From: Acidobacteriota bacterium
Lineage (GTDB): Bacteria > Acidobacteriota > UBA6911
Length of the DNA stretch: 64,000 bases
Assembly (NCBI GenBank): GCA_012729555.1
Contig: JAAYCX010000059.1
Span: 15,588-79,587 of the forward strand
Direction of reading: 5' to 3'
The notes beneath the pieces are model-generated. The model did not search any database, was not told where the DNA came from, and saw only the letters and a list, made by a program, of their open reading frames with translations. Both the position numbers and the translations under genes were made by a program. Shown in pieces: positions 19,601-26,424 of the stretch (positions are counted from its first letter, which is position 1; each line of letters opens with the position of its first letter).

Positions 19601-20978
19601 TGATGAGAACGTGGTTCTCCGTTACATCGCCGTCAATCGCAGTTCCGCCGTAAGCGTTATCCACAACGCCGATTCCGCCGTTAATAACCACTTGGTTATC
19701 AGTGGCGTTGCCGGAAACCATGCTGCCACCACCCGAGAGAGTTCCCCCGGTGAAATTTCCGTTTTCAACCGTGATGAGGTTAGATAAGGCGTCTCCTTGG
19801 TTTGATTGTCCGCCGTAGATACTGGTCACGCCCTTGACATTCTCAATCGTGACGCTGTTATCGGACACATGCCCTAAATCATTGAAGCCACCTGCAACTG
19901 TGCCGACAATCGCAGTGCTCCCGTTTATGGAGACGGAATTGTTTTCGACGATTCCATCCACCGTGTATCCGCCATAAACGGTCTGGGCGAAACCACCTTC
20001 AATTGCGACCGAGTTATCCGTTGTTCGACCATGGTCGGAACGACCTCCTGTTATGCCGCTGACATTGCCACTTTGCAGGATGACGGTATTTCCCCTGGTA
20101 TCGCCAAAATCGCTGCGGCCGCCAGAGATCATGCCGTTTGAGGTTCCGCCGAAATCGATGACTACCTGATTTTCTCTGGCGACCCCACCCGCCGAGACAG
20201 AATATCCGCCCGAGACATCACCGTTGATAGTACCGGTGTCTGCAGTCAGGTTGACCAGATTCCCCCAAGATTCACCCAGGACCGTATATCCCGCTGCGAT
20301 GCTATTGAGCGTACCTCCATCGAATGTGAATACATTCTCCCACACATCCCCGAGGGCGCTGTAGCCGCTGTAGGCGTTGCCGACTGTACCGCTCTTTACC
20401 ACTATGCTGTTATCAATCGCATTTCCCAAATCCGTGTAGGCACCATAGGCCGAATTTATGGTGGTTCCACCAATAATGGACAGATCATCTTCGATTAAAA
20501 TGGAGTTTTCGGTGACATTTCCCGATTGTTCGGCATAAGCGCCATACACGCCGCCACCGATGGTACCACCACTTATGTGAACTTCGGTGCTGTCCTGAAT
20601 ATGTCCCGATGTTGTGTATACCCCGTAGACATCATTACCTATCGCACCTCCAGAAACATTTATAATGTTGCTGCCGGTGACATCGCCAGAATACTTTCCT
20701 CCGTAGACGTTAACCCTTATACTGCCCCCGGAAATGTTTATGGTATTTCCAATGGTTGGGTCATCGATGGGATGTCCATAAACATTCCGTTCAACAACCG
20801 CGCCCTCCACAATTTCGACCACATATGGCGGAGGCGGCGGAGGAAAAACGTCTTGAATAGGTGAATTGTATTCATCAATTGTAATGGTTCCCGCGGAAAC
20901 CACGGGGATATTGCACAGGCATAAGGCGATGCATGCGCGGACGATGGCGAGCGCTCGGGTTACGGGTGCTGGGTTCAT
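16602..20978 (-). CDS. classical (type Va) autotransporter with a long repeat-rich beta-helical passenger
   Basis: ORF 16602..21149. I moved the start to ATG 20978 (GGGAGAA ribosome-binding site; signal peptide MNPAPVTRALAIVRACIALCLCNIPVVSA). The passenger is built from about 27-aa units (YGG...G.A..N.V.I..G). The C-terminal ~280 aa has alternating beta-strand character and ends in ...GNIFVRF (terminal Phe). Confidence 0.85.
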   Translation of the reverse strand: MNPAPVTRALAIVRACIALCLCNIPVVSAGTITIDEYNSPIQDVFPPPPPPYVVEIVEGAVVERNVYGHPIDDPTIGNTINISGGSIRVNVYGGKYSGDVTGSNIINVSGGAIGNDVYGVYTTSGHIQDSTEVHISGGTIGGGVYGAYAEQSGNVTENSILIEDDLSIIGGTTINSAYGAYTDLGNAIDNSIVVKSGTVGNAYSGYSALGDVWENVFTFDGGTLNSIAAGYTVLGESWGNLVNLTADTGTINGDVSGGYSVSAGGVARENQVVIDFGGTSNGMISGGRSDFGDTRGNTVILQSGNVSGITGGRSDHGRTTDNSVAIEGGFAQTVYGGYTVDGIVENNSVSINGSTAIVGTVAGGFNDLGHVSDNSVTIENVKGVTSIYGGQSNQGDALSNLITVENGNFTGGTLSGGGSMVSGNATDNQVVINGGIGVVDNAYGGTAIDGDVTENHVLISTDTLNIATATGGYSSEGMSSNNTVTVEGGRIANAYGGASGFGDAADNGVNVSDSRLTGGTITGGASRESGNTHGNSVLIEGNSSGNAGNIYGGWTKLGDAADNDIDINAGSAGAGTVAGGYSESGTATGNDVRISSSGEFSSIYGGIAGEGDTVGNTVEISSSGVRNVYGSYTESGNAAGTVMITGGRFNGGTVAGAYTEADGNADSNEVTITDASAASGVTNVYGGHAAVGTANDNSVSITGNAFSGATIAGGYSELGATTDNSVNITGSTVRNVYGSYTESGVAAGSVAIAGGQFAGGTIAGAYSAAGGSADGNSVSITDARTASGTTHVYGGYAGDGTANDNAVVVEGNAFSGGTIAGGYSALGTATGNSVDVIGGTVRNVYGSYAGHGSATGTVEITDGQFAGGTIAGAYSLAAGSADGNTVAITGARGAMGTTHVYGGYAAEGSAAGNSVSITGSAFSGGTVAGGYSESGSAGNNSLVIDSNGTFGSAYGGRAGNGAASGNWLELAAGRYSGTIAGGYSLSGSATGNTVTIGEGAIFNAGVLLYGGWSGNGMDSRSGNTLNLRSPVSVRGLDNFENYNFIVPPEMVAGDTFITVTAGNGEAGPVHLGGTQVMVGLEQPNTNLKAGDSIVLIDERGGFGFDGTPANATSNGATVGLLDYEFDLSVVQDQLLASITEAHGSEAATSLSEGFVSGVVLNNLGADAIAGPAMDSALSSVHAGAKTGLGGFGSLVAGKSRHKTGSYVDMLGVSAAAGLAYGINYDERYITMGPFLEYGKGDYDTLNQDGEREIRGSGDSEYMGGGFLLRWDEKDAGMGRYFAEASFRVGRLTNDFSSSDIHPESEQPTSYDSSAVYYGMHFGYGGAWKLSERTGLDVYGKYFYSRGESDAVALSSGEPIHFDEVTSHRLRGGARLSLRAGQRTTLFFGGAYEHQLDGWVDATVASYVIDAPTLKGGTGIGEFILSYKPSATGQTSINVGVQGFGGKREGVAGNIFVRF
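18135..19106 (-). repeat. three in-frame tandem copies of a 324-bp (108-aa) higher-order repeat inside the autotransporter passenger
   Basis: Copies start at 19106, 18782 and 18458 on the minus strand. Each begins VRNVYGSY and continues ...GG.F.GGT.AGAY...ITDA..ASG.T.VYGG...GNAFSG.TIAGGYS. The copies have diverged (roughly two-thirds identical residues by eye). Confidence 0.85.
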
Positions 20979-21364
20979 TGGATCGTTCTCCCTGCTGAAA
21001 AAATTATGGCTGGGGCGGCAATGGGTTGTCGATGGGATGGGCAGATTCTGATTATTCCGCCGGGTACGAGATGGTCCGCGGAGGGGGCTTCCTGCAAACC
21101 GTGGCGGCACAGATGCGCACATGCCGGATGCGGCGGAGTCCCCGCGCAACGGAACAGTTCAAAAGAACAGTCGGGACAATGAGGCTGCTGGATCATGCTT
21201 ATCCCTGCTTGGATCTCATAACATATTCCACATGAGCTATTTAGGGATTAAGACATCCGATGTTGCCATTTTTACGGATCAGGCGCCATCCTACACCAAA
21301 ATGCAGGGCTCTGCATAGGCTTTTATCAATAAATATTACAATTCCTAATTCTTTGGTAGGGGCT

Positions 21365-21388
21365 GACGGCGCGGCCGTGCCGTCTTTT
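21365..21388. terminator. short hairpin with a T-run next to the GNAT-GrpB stop
   Basis: GACGGC-gcggccgt-GCCGTC is followed by TTTT on the plus strand. It sits at the 3' end of the minus-strand gene 21387..22508, so the T-run is on the wrong side for that gene. Confidence 0.25.
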
Positions 21389-22508
21389 ATACGCGATCGT
21401 CGCCTGGGCCCAAAATCAGCCCGGCCGCGCGGAAGGCGCGGTCGTAGATCTCCCGGATCACGGCCTGCTTCGCCCGGTTGTATTCCTCCACCGAGCGGGC
21501 GCCGGGGCCGGCGGCGCGCTTGGCGCGCGCGTACAGCTCCCGCTCATCCGGGTACCGCCGCAGCCGGTTGCGAAAGAGGAGGTGGCGCACCGTTTCCGGG
21601 CAGCCGGGTGCAAAGACGTGGAGGTTGGCCCGAGGGGCGTCGAGCCGGAAACAGCGATGCCGGTGCCAGTGGGGCTCCCGGATGGTGAGGTCGTAGCCGA
21701 TCTTCTCGAGGCGCGGCACGTAAGCGTCCTCCCGGTCCGGGTCCTCGACCGCCAGGTCGATGTCGATGACGGGTTTGGCCTCGAGGCCGGGAACGGCCGT
21801 GGAGCCGACGTGCTCTAGGGCGAGCGCGGCCCCGCCGAGCGCGGCCCGGATATCCCCGGCGAGGCGCTCGAACAGGGCGGGCCAGCCGGGATCGTAAGGG
21901 ACGACTTCGATCTTCTCCTCGCGCGGTCCGCCGTGCACCCAGGGATTCACCCCGGGTACGGGGTCATGGTGGCGGACGATGTCTCTCACCCGCCGGGCGT
22001 CGGCGCCGAAGGCTTCGTGAAAACGGACGGTCCCGCGCGGGACAGGGCCGTCGAAGGGGAGGACGAAGAAGGCTTCGGGAGGGACCCCGTCGACCCCGAG
22101 CCCTTCCGCGTTGCGGAACCCGAAGCGGGGGTAGTAGTCCGGGTGCCCCACCAGGCAGCAGCCGCGGGCGCCCAGGGCGCCGAGGCGTGCGAGCCCCCCC
22201 TTGATCAGGCTGCCACCGATTCCCCGCCCCTGCCTTTCGGGCAGGACCGACACCGGGCCGAGGCCGTACCAGCCCGGGGTCCCGTCGGAGACGATCACCG
22301 GGGAGAAGGCGATATGGCCCACCACGCACCCGGCCTCCTCCGCCACGAGCGAGAGGGTGAGCGCATCGACCGCGCGCAGCACCGCGATGATGAAGTGTTC
22401 CGTGTGACGGCTGAGGGCCAGGGTCCGGAACGCCGCTTCGGTCACGCCGGCAATGGCGCCCACGTCGGCGGCGGTTTCGTCCCTGACGGTGGCGTCATCC
22501 CGCTTCAT
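21387..22508 (-). CDS. GNAT N-acetyltransferase (YhbS-like) fused to a GrpB (nucleotidyltransferase-fold) domain
   Basis: The N-terminal half has LVAEEAGCVVGHIAFSPV...VLPERQGRGIGGSLI...GCCLVGHPDYYPRFGF (GNAT motif A). The C-terminal half has IEVVPYDPGWPALFE...LEHVGSTAVPGLEAKPVIDIDL...HVFAPG...LLFRNRLR (GrpB landmarks). Confidence 0.75.
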   Translation of the reverse strand: MKRDDATVRDETAADVGAIAGVTEAAFRTLALSRHTEHFIIAVLRAVDALTLSLVAEEAGCVVGHIAFSPVIVSDGTPGWYGLGPVSVLPERQGRGIGGSLIKGGLARLGALGARGCCLVGHPDYYPRFGFRNAEGLGVDGVPPEAFFVLPFDGPVPRGTVRFHEAFGADARRVRDIVRHHDPVPGVNPWVHGGPREEKIEVVPYDPGWPALFERLAGDIRAALGGAALALEHVGSTAVPGLEAKPVIDIDLAVEDPDREDAYVPRLEKIGYDLTIREPHWHRHRCFRLDAPRANLHVFAPGCPETVRHLLFRNRLRRYPDERELYARAKRAAGPGARSVEEYNRAKQAVIREIYDRAFRAAGLILGPGDDRV

Positions 22509-22526
22509 TAAAAAACCGCGACCCGG

Positions 22527-22829
22527 CTAACGGGTTTTGGGAACTTCGGTCCCCAGGTAGCTGTTGCTTTCGGAGTACCGGAACCAGTCCAGGTCGACGA
22601 GCAGGGTGTGAAACTTCTGCACCGCTTCGATGTTCGGGAACCTCTCGACCCCCCAGCCCAGGTACTGTTCGGAATTCCACCCCGAGAAGCACTCGACGAT
22701 TTCCTTCCCCCCCACCTTCTTGAGCGCTTTGGCCAGTTGCTTCCTGAGATTGTCCTTCTTGTCGTCGGGAAGCTGGTACCAGGCTTCGGTCGGCTTGAAC
22801 AGGTAGACTTTATAGATCGGGCGTGCCAT
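22527..22829 (-). CDS. small alpha+beta protein, unknown function (possibly darcynin / Dabb-like)
   Basis: 100 aa with an AAGGAGG ribosome-binding site. It lies 18 nt upstream of the GNAT-GrpB gene. The family assignment is only a resemblance in size and pattern. Confidence 0.5.
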   Translation of the reverse strand: MARPIYKVYLFKPTEAWYQLPDDKKDNLRKQLAKALKKVGGKEIVECFSGWNSEQYLGWGVERFPNIEAVQKFHTLLVDLDWFRYSESNSYLGTEVPKTR

Positions 22830-22846
22830 GGGCGACCTCCTTGAAA

Positions 22847-22870
22847 TGCATGTCCGCGTACGGGCATGCA
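22847..22870. promoter_or_regulatory. 10-bp inverted repeat just upstream of the RBS of gene 22527..22829
   Basis: TGCATGTCCG-cgta-CGGGCATGCA, with one mismatch. It ends about 10 nt before the AAGGAGG on the minus strand. It could be an operator or a 5' UTR hairpin. Confidence 0.35.
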
Positions 22871-23127
22871 GTGTGGTAATCGCGATCGGATCGATAGGGA
22901 TATTGTAATCCCTTTCCCTCTTTTTGGGTAAAGAAACCTTACCGCAAGGTTGCCCCGCCCCGTCGTCTGCCGCGCCGATGGCCGGGCAAACATCTATATT
23001 GCCCTTTATTTATAAGCTGTTTCTGTATATTTCTTGATGTTTTGCTTTAACGGCCGCAAGGACGGATCAATCCCAGGTCGGCTCGGAGAGGCCGCTTCCA
23101 TGGCACTGCATTCTTCTCGCGTGAAGA

Positions 23128-23143
23128 TGGGACATCCCGCACG
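23128..23143. repeat. partial inverted copy of the REP-like element core
   Basis: GGGACATCCCGCACG is the reverse complement, with one mismatch, of CGTGCGGGACGTCCC at 23247..23261. Confidence 0.5.
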
Positions 23144-23161
23144 CTTGACATTGCGCGGAGA

Positions 23162-23219
23162 CCCGCCCTCGAGCGGGGGTCCCGGAAATGGTCTACGTGT
23201 GGGACGTCCCGGTTTTTCC
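23162..23219. repeat. REP-like intergenic repeat, copy A
   Basis: CCCGCCCTCGAGCGGGGGTCCCGGAAATGGTCTACGTGTGGGACGTCCCGGTTTTTCC. It contains the 10-bp palindrome GGGACGTCCC and CTCGAG. Confidence 0.8.
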
Positions 23220-23265
23220 CTCGAGCGGGGGTCCCGGAATGGGAAACGTGCGGGACGTCCCGGTT
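23218..23265. repeat. REP-like intergenic repeat, copy B (tandem with A)
   Basis: CCCTCGAGCGGGGGTCCCGGAATGGGAAACGTGCGGGACGTCCCGGTT. It ends 8 nt before the PEP-CTERM gene stop codon. Confidence 0.8.
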
Positions 23266-23272
23266 ATGACGC

Positions 23273-24001
23273 CTACTTCATCATTCTTCTTGCCCCGACA
23301 AGGCCCAGCAGCCCGAAACCGAAAAGGAGCAGGGTGGAAGGCTCGGGGATGGGGTTCTGGACGATCATGTTCTGGCCATCGCTATTGATGGCGAGGACCC
23401 AGGAGGCACCGGGGACATAGCCCGAAAGGTTTGCGAGCGTATAGGCCTCATAAATGGCCTGGGCATCTTCGTGGAATATCATCCCCGTAGTGCCTGGATC
23501 GTATTCCTGCGCGTAGAAGACACCTTCGCTCAGATTGAACTGGTCGGCGCCGTCCTCGAGGATTTCCCACATGGCAAGCTGCGCCTCCGCTTTCTGGGTC
23601 GCGCCGTAGTTTTCGGCGATCCATGCCGCGGCGAGGTATCGTGCTACGTCAAGCTCCAGATCACCCAGCTGGCCCGAATCAATGGTATAGAGGGCATACT
23701 CCATCGGAGTGGGGTATATGTTTTCAAACACCTGGGTGCAGAAGGCTTCATAGTCGCCAAGGATGTACTCCCCGGCTTCGTACTCGGTCCACGAATTTAC
23801 TGGATCCAGCGTCGAGCCGTCAAACGACACGCTGTAGTTCAGGGACCAGTTTGCGTATCCTCCGCCTCCATTGGCTACGCTGTGAAACGGGTAGTCCCAC
23901 GATCCCGACATCAGGAAGGTGCCGATGGTTCCGGCACTCGCGACGCCGGGGAAGAGAAAAATCAACGACGCAAAAACCGCCACTGCCCATGCCTTTTTCA
24001 T
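23273..24001 (-). CDS. PEP-CTERM sorting-domain protein
   Basis: Has a signal peptide (MKKAWAVAVFASLIFLFPGVASA). The C-terminus PIPEPSTLLLFGFGLLGLVGARRMMK is the PEP motif, a TM helix and a basic tail. G+C is visibly lower: my hand count of 23701..23760 is 30/60. Confidence 0.85.
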   Translation of the reverse strand: MKKAWAVAVFASLIFLFPGVASAGTIGTFLMSGSWDYPFHSVANGGGGYANWSLNYSVSFDGSTLDPVNSWTEYEAGEYILGDYEAFCTQVFENIYPTPMEYALYTIDSGQLGDLELDVARYLAAAWIAENYGATQKAEAQLAMWEILEDGADQFNLSEGVFYAQEYDPGTTGMIFHEDAQAIYEAYTLANLSGYVPGASWVLAINSDGQNMIVQNPIPEPSTLLLFGFGLLGLVGARRMMK

Positions 24002-24060
24002 TGCCCTTCCCCCTTATCTTGATTTCCGGGACGCCCCCTGTTCCCGATTTCCGCAAGCCC

Positions 24061-24118
24061 CCCGCCCTCGAGCGCCGGCCCCGAAAATGGTAAACGTGTG
24101 GGACGTCCCGGTTTTTCC
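24061..24118. repeat. REP-like intergenic repeat, copy C
   Basis: CCCGCCCTCGAGCGCCGGCCCCGAAAATGGTAAACGTGTGGGACGTCCCGGTTTTTCC. It abuts the stop codon (24118..24120) of the GlsB-like gene and differs from copy A at about 7 positions. Confidence 0.8.
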
Positions 24119-24405
24119 TACTTTTTGGCCAGGGCGTTGCGGATGAGGCCGATGATGGCCATGAACACGCCGCCGCCGACTCCGCCTCCCAGGATGCTGC
24201 CGATGATGCCCCCCAGGTCCATGCCGCCGCCGGCCGCGCCCATCCCCAGCAATCCGAGCAGCTGGCCGCCCAGCCCGCCCCCCAGGATGCCGACGATGGA
24301 ATTGCCCAGGGTCCCCAGGGAATATTTCTTCATGACCGAGCCGGCGACGTTGCCGCCCACGGCCCCGCAAATCAGCTGAACGATCAAAGGTAACAGATTG
24401 CCCAT
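24118..24405 (-). CDS. GlsB/YeaQ/YmgE (transglycosylase-associated) family stress membrane protein
   Basis: ORF 24118..24441. The start is ATG 24405 with a GGGAGGAAG ribosome-binding site. It has Gly-rich TM helices (GNLLPLIVQLICGAVGGNVAG...GILGGGLGGQLLG...GGVFMAIIGLI). Confidence 0.8.
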   Translation of the reverse strand: MGNLLPLIVQLICGAVGGNVAGSVMKKYSLGTLGNSIVGILGGGLGGQLLGLLGMGAAGGGMDLGGIIGSILGGGVGGGVFMAIIGLIRNALAKK

Positions 24406-24486
24406 GGTCTTCCTCCCGGTTCCTTGTGGTTGTGGGTCCATGGCGGTGCGGCGCGCCTCCGGTCCGGGACGCGCGCCGCGCGCCGA

Positions 24487-25653
24487 CTATTTTGCGGTGA
24501 CTCTCAGGTCGATTCTCCGGTTGTTCTGCCGGCCCTCTTCGGTGGCGTTGTCTGCGACCGGGTAGCTTTCGCCATACCCTTCAGCCTGCAGCCGCACCGG
24601 GTCGATCCCCATCCGGATCATCTCCTGCATGGTGTTTTCCGCCCGGCGCTGGGAAAGTTCGAGGTTCGAGACCGGGTCCCCGGTATTGTCGGTGTACCCT
24701 CCGATCTTCAGCCTTGTCGCCGGGTAGGCTTTCAGGATCTCCACGATGTTTTTGAGCTGTTCGGCCGAGGAAGGCTTGAGTGTCGCGCTCCCCGTCTCGA
24801 ATTCCAGCCGGTCGAAGGTGAACCAGGTCGTCTCGTCGAGGGGCCTCGCCGTGTCCTCGATGAAATCGACCAGTTTCTTCTCGACGCCGAACTCGGGGAC
24901 GTTGAGCTCGATCCCGGAGGGGAGCCGGACCATCAGGAATCTGCCCAGTCTGTCTACGGCCTCGCCGATCCCGGCCGCGCCCTTTTCCGCCGAATCCCGA
25001 ACGGGGGCGCAGCTCTTGAACGCGAAATAGAGGATGCCGGCCAGAATGAGGAGGGGGATGAGCCATTTCCAGACGGAAGGCTCCGGGTGCTCGGGCGGCT
25101 CCGGCGGGGCGAAAGCCGTCATCCCCAGGGCGCCGCTCAGTCCTGCGGGGATGAGGTCCTTCAAAAATCCCGCCTGTCCGGCCAGGAGGCTGCCGAGCCC
25201 CGTGGCGTCGAGGTTGGAACTCTGGACCCGTTTTCCCAGCAGCCCCAGAACGGCGGGGGCGACCAGGCGCGTGAGCGAAGCGGCCGCCTCCTTGCCCAGC
25301 CCCCCGGCTCCCGCGATCCAGTCGAGCACCCTGGGACCCCGGGTGCCCAGGATCCCGTCAAGCAGGCCCGCCCCCGAAGCCATCATCTCCCTGGTGGCCT
25401 CGCCGCCCGAAAACGCCGAGGACAACCCCTTCAGGGTGTCGGCGCCGTACCCCCCTTTCCGAATCATGTCGAGGATCTCGGAAGCCCCCTGGGAGGTGGA
25501 GCCCTTGTTCACCAGTGCCCCCAGGAGCGCGGGGAATATGGCGCTCAACCCGGATTGGATCTTGTCCGCATCGAGACCGATGAACGCGACGAGCTTGCCC
25601 ACGACCTCTTCGCTGAATTCATTCTTCAATAATTCGACAATGTTCACCGCCAT
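24487..25653 (-). CDS. DUF937-like N-domain / TM / OmpA-like peptidoglycan-binding C-domain protein
   Basis: The C-terminus LKIGGYTDNTGDPVSNLELSQRRAENTMQEMIRMGIDPVRLQAEGYGESYPVADNATEEGRQNNRRIDLRV is an OmpA/MotB motif. The N-terminus (VELLKNEFSEEVVGKLVAFIGLD...ALLGALVNKG) is DUF937-like as remembered. Confidence 0.75.
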   Translation of the reverse strand: MAVNIVELLKNEFSEEVVGKLVAFIGLDADKIQSGLSAIFPALLGALVNKGSTSQGASEILDMIRKGGYGADTLKGLSSAFSGGEATREMMASGAGLLDGILGTRGPRVLDWIAGAGGLGKEAAASLTRLVAPAVLGLLGKRVQSSNLDATGLGSLLAGQAGFLKDLIPAGLSGALGMTAFAPPEPPEHPEPSVWKWLIPLLILAGILYFAFKSCAPVRDSAEKGAAGIGEAVDRLGRFLMVRLPSGIELNVPEFGVEKKLVDFIEDTARPLDETTWFTFDRLEFETGSATLKPSSAEQLKNIVEILKAYPATRLKIGGYTDNTGDPVSNLELSQRRAENTMQEMIRMGIDPVRLQAEGYGESYPVADNATEEGRQNNRRIDLRVTAK

Positions 25654-25738
25654 TACATAGCCCTCCCTGGCTGAATCGGCTCGGTCCGGCCCCCTCCCGG
25701 TTTTTCCGGGCAGGGGGCCCGATCGGCTTCATGCTGCC

Positions 25739-26146
25739 CTAATAACGGATGGCCGCCTCCAGGCGGGCCGCCTGCGCGATCCATTTCGACACCGCGGCCG
25801 CTCCCGGCGAAACGCGGCAAAGCCGCTTCCGGGCGTTGACCTCGGCCATCCTGGCGGCGAGGTTTTCGGGCACGCGGTGTTTCAGCTCCATCACCGTGTC
25901 CACGCCGGACGCCTCCAGGAGCTCGGCAAACTGGCGCCCTATTCCCGAAATCCGCATCAGGTCGGCGTGGTTGGCCCACTTCAGCAGCTGCTCGGCACTG
26001 ATGCCGGTCCTGGAACTCAGCGCTTGGCGGTCCTTCGGGCTCCCGCACGACTCCAGCAGGGACGACGTCGTGTTCACCCCCGCCTCGGTCAGCTTGAGCG
26101 CAAAAACCGGCCCGATCCCTTCGATCTGTTCAATCTTGTATGCCAT
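25739..26146 (-). CDS. DUF4332 (helix-hairpin-helix) domain protein
   Basis: ORF 25739..26332. The start is ATG 26146 with a GGAGGA ribosome-binding site. The N-terminus MAYKIEQIEGIGPVFALKLTEAGVNTTSSLL is typical of the family as remembered. Confidence 0.7.
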   Translation of the reverse strand: MAYKIEQIEGIGPVFALKLTEAGVNTTSSLLESCGSPKDRQALSSRTGISAEQLLKWANHADLMRISGIGRQFAELLEASGVDTVMELKHRVPENLAARMAEVNARKRLCRVSPGAAAVSKWIAQAARLEAAIRY

Positions 26147-26258
26147 ATCACGATCCTCCAGAGCGGGGCGCCGTGCGGCGCCGTTTCGCATAAGCCTGAA
26201 TGAATGAGGTCCGACGATATCCGCGCCTCCTGCTGGTTTAGACCGGCCGGTCCATGGA

Positions 26259-26294
26259 AAGTCACACGAAAATTTCGGATCCATGATGTGACTT
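26259..26294. promoter_or_regulatory. 8-bp inverted repeat in the divergent intergenic region
   Basis: AAGTCACA-N20-TGTGACTT, lying between the DUF4332 operon and the ECF sigma gene. Confidence 0.3.
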
Positions 26295-26370
26295 GCCCGG
26301 AGCGGGGCGGTCCAAGCAAGGGTGGCGGGCAACGGCCGGGAGGGAAAGGCCCAGCGGGATGCATAATGCG

Positions 26371-26399
26371 TTGACCGGCGGCACCCCCCCTAGTATCCT
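26371..26399 (+). promoter_or_regulatory. sigma70-type promoter for the ECF sigma operon
   Basis: TTGACC (26371..26376), a 17-nt spacer, then TATCCT (26394..26399). It lies downstream of the two upstream candidate starts, which supports the GTG 26425 start. Confidence 0.45.
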
Positions 26400-26424
26400 G
26401 AGCCCGACCATACGGGGGGCTGGT

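Noticed and set aside
21387-22829. Type II toxin-antitoxin pair (small upstream gene plus GNAT toxin)
   Set aside because: The GNAT is YhbS-like and fused to a 180-aa GrpB domain, unlike the ~170-aa TacT/AtaT-type toxins. The upstream protein has no RHH or DUF1778 features.
23162-23265. Possible CRISPR array (tandem ~52-bp repeats)
   Set aside because: There are only two abutting copies with no spacers, plus one distant copy. No cas genes are present, and the repeats sit at gene 3' ends. They are better explained as REP/BIME-like elements.
19400-24010. Genomic island or mobile element, suggested by lower G+C
   Set aside because: There is no integrase, transposase, tRNA attachment site or bounding direct repeats in the window. 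High-G+C genes (GNAT-GrpB) lie between the low-G+C parts. Part of the skew can come from the N/S/T/I/Y-rich repeat composition.
24051-24069. Sigma54-type promoter (GGC-N8-TTGC) upstream of the PEP-CTERM gene on the minus strand
   Set aside because: Only the minimal GG/GC dinucleotides match, within a G-rich stretch. The motif is not shared by the other repeat copies, and chance occurrence is likely in this composition.
24424-25632. 402-aa plus-strand ORF antisense to the DUF937/OmpA-like gene
   Set aside because: The opposite strand carries a clear OmpA-like motif and ribosome-binding site. This ORF is a G/R/P/E-rich low-complexity translation.
26259-26294. CRP/FNR-type site because of TGTGA/TCACA half-sites
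   Set aside because: The half-sites are in the reversed order (TCACA...TGTGA) and 20 nt apart, instead of TGTGA-N6-TCACA. I kept it only as a generic inverted repeat.
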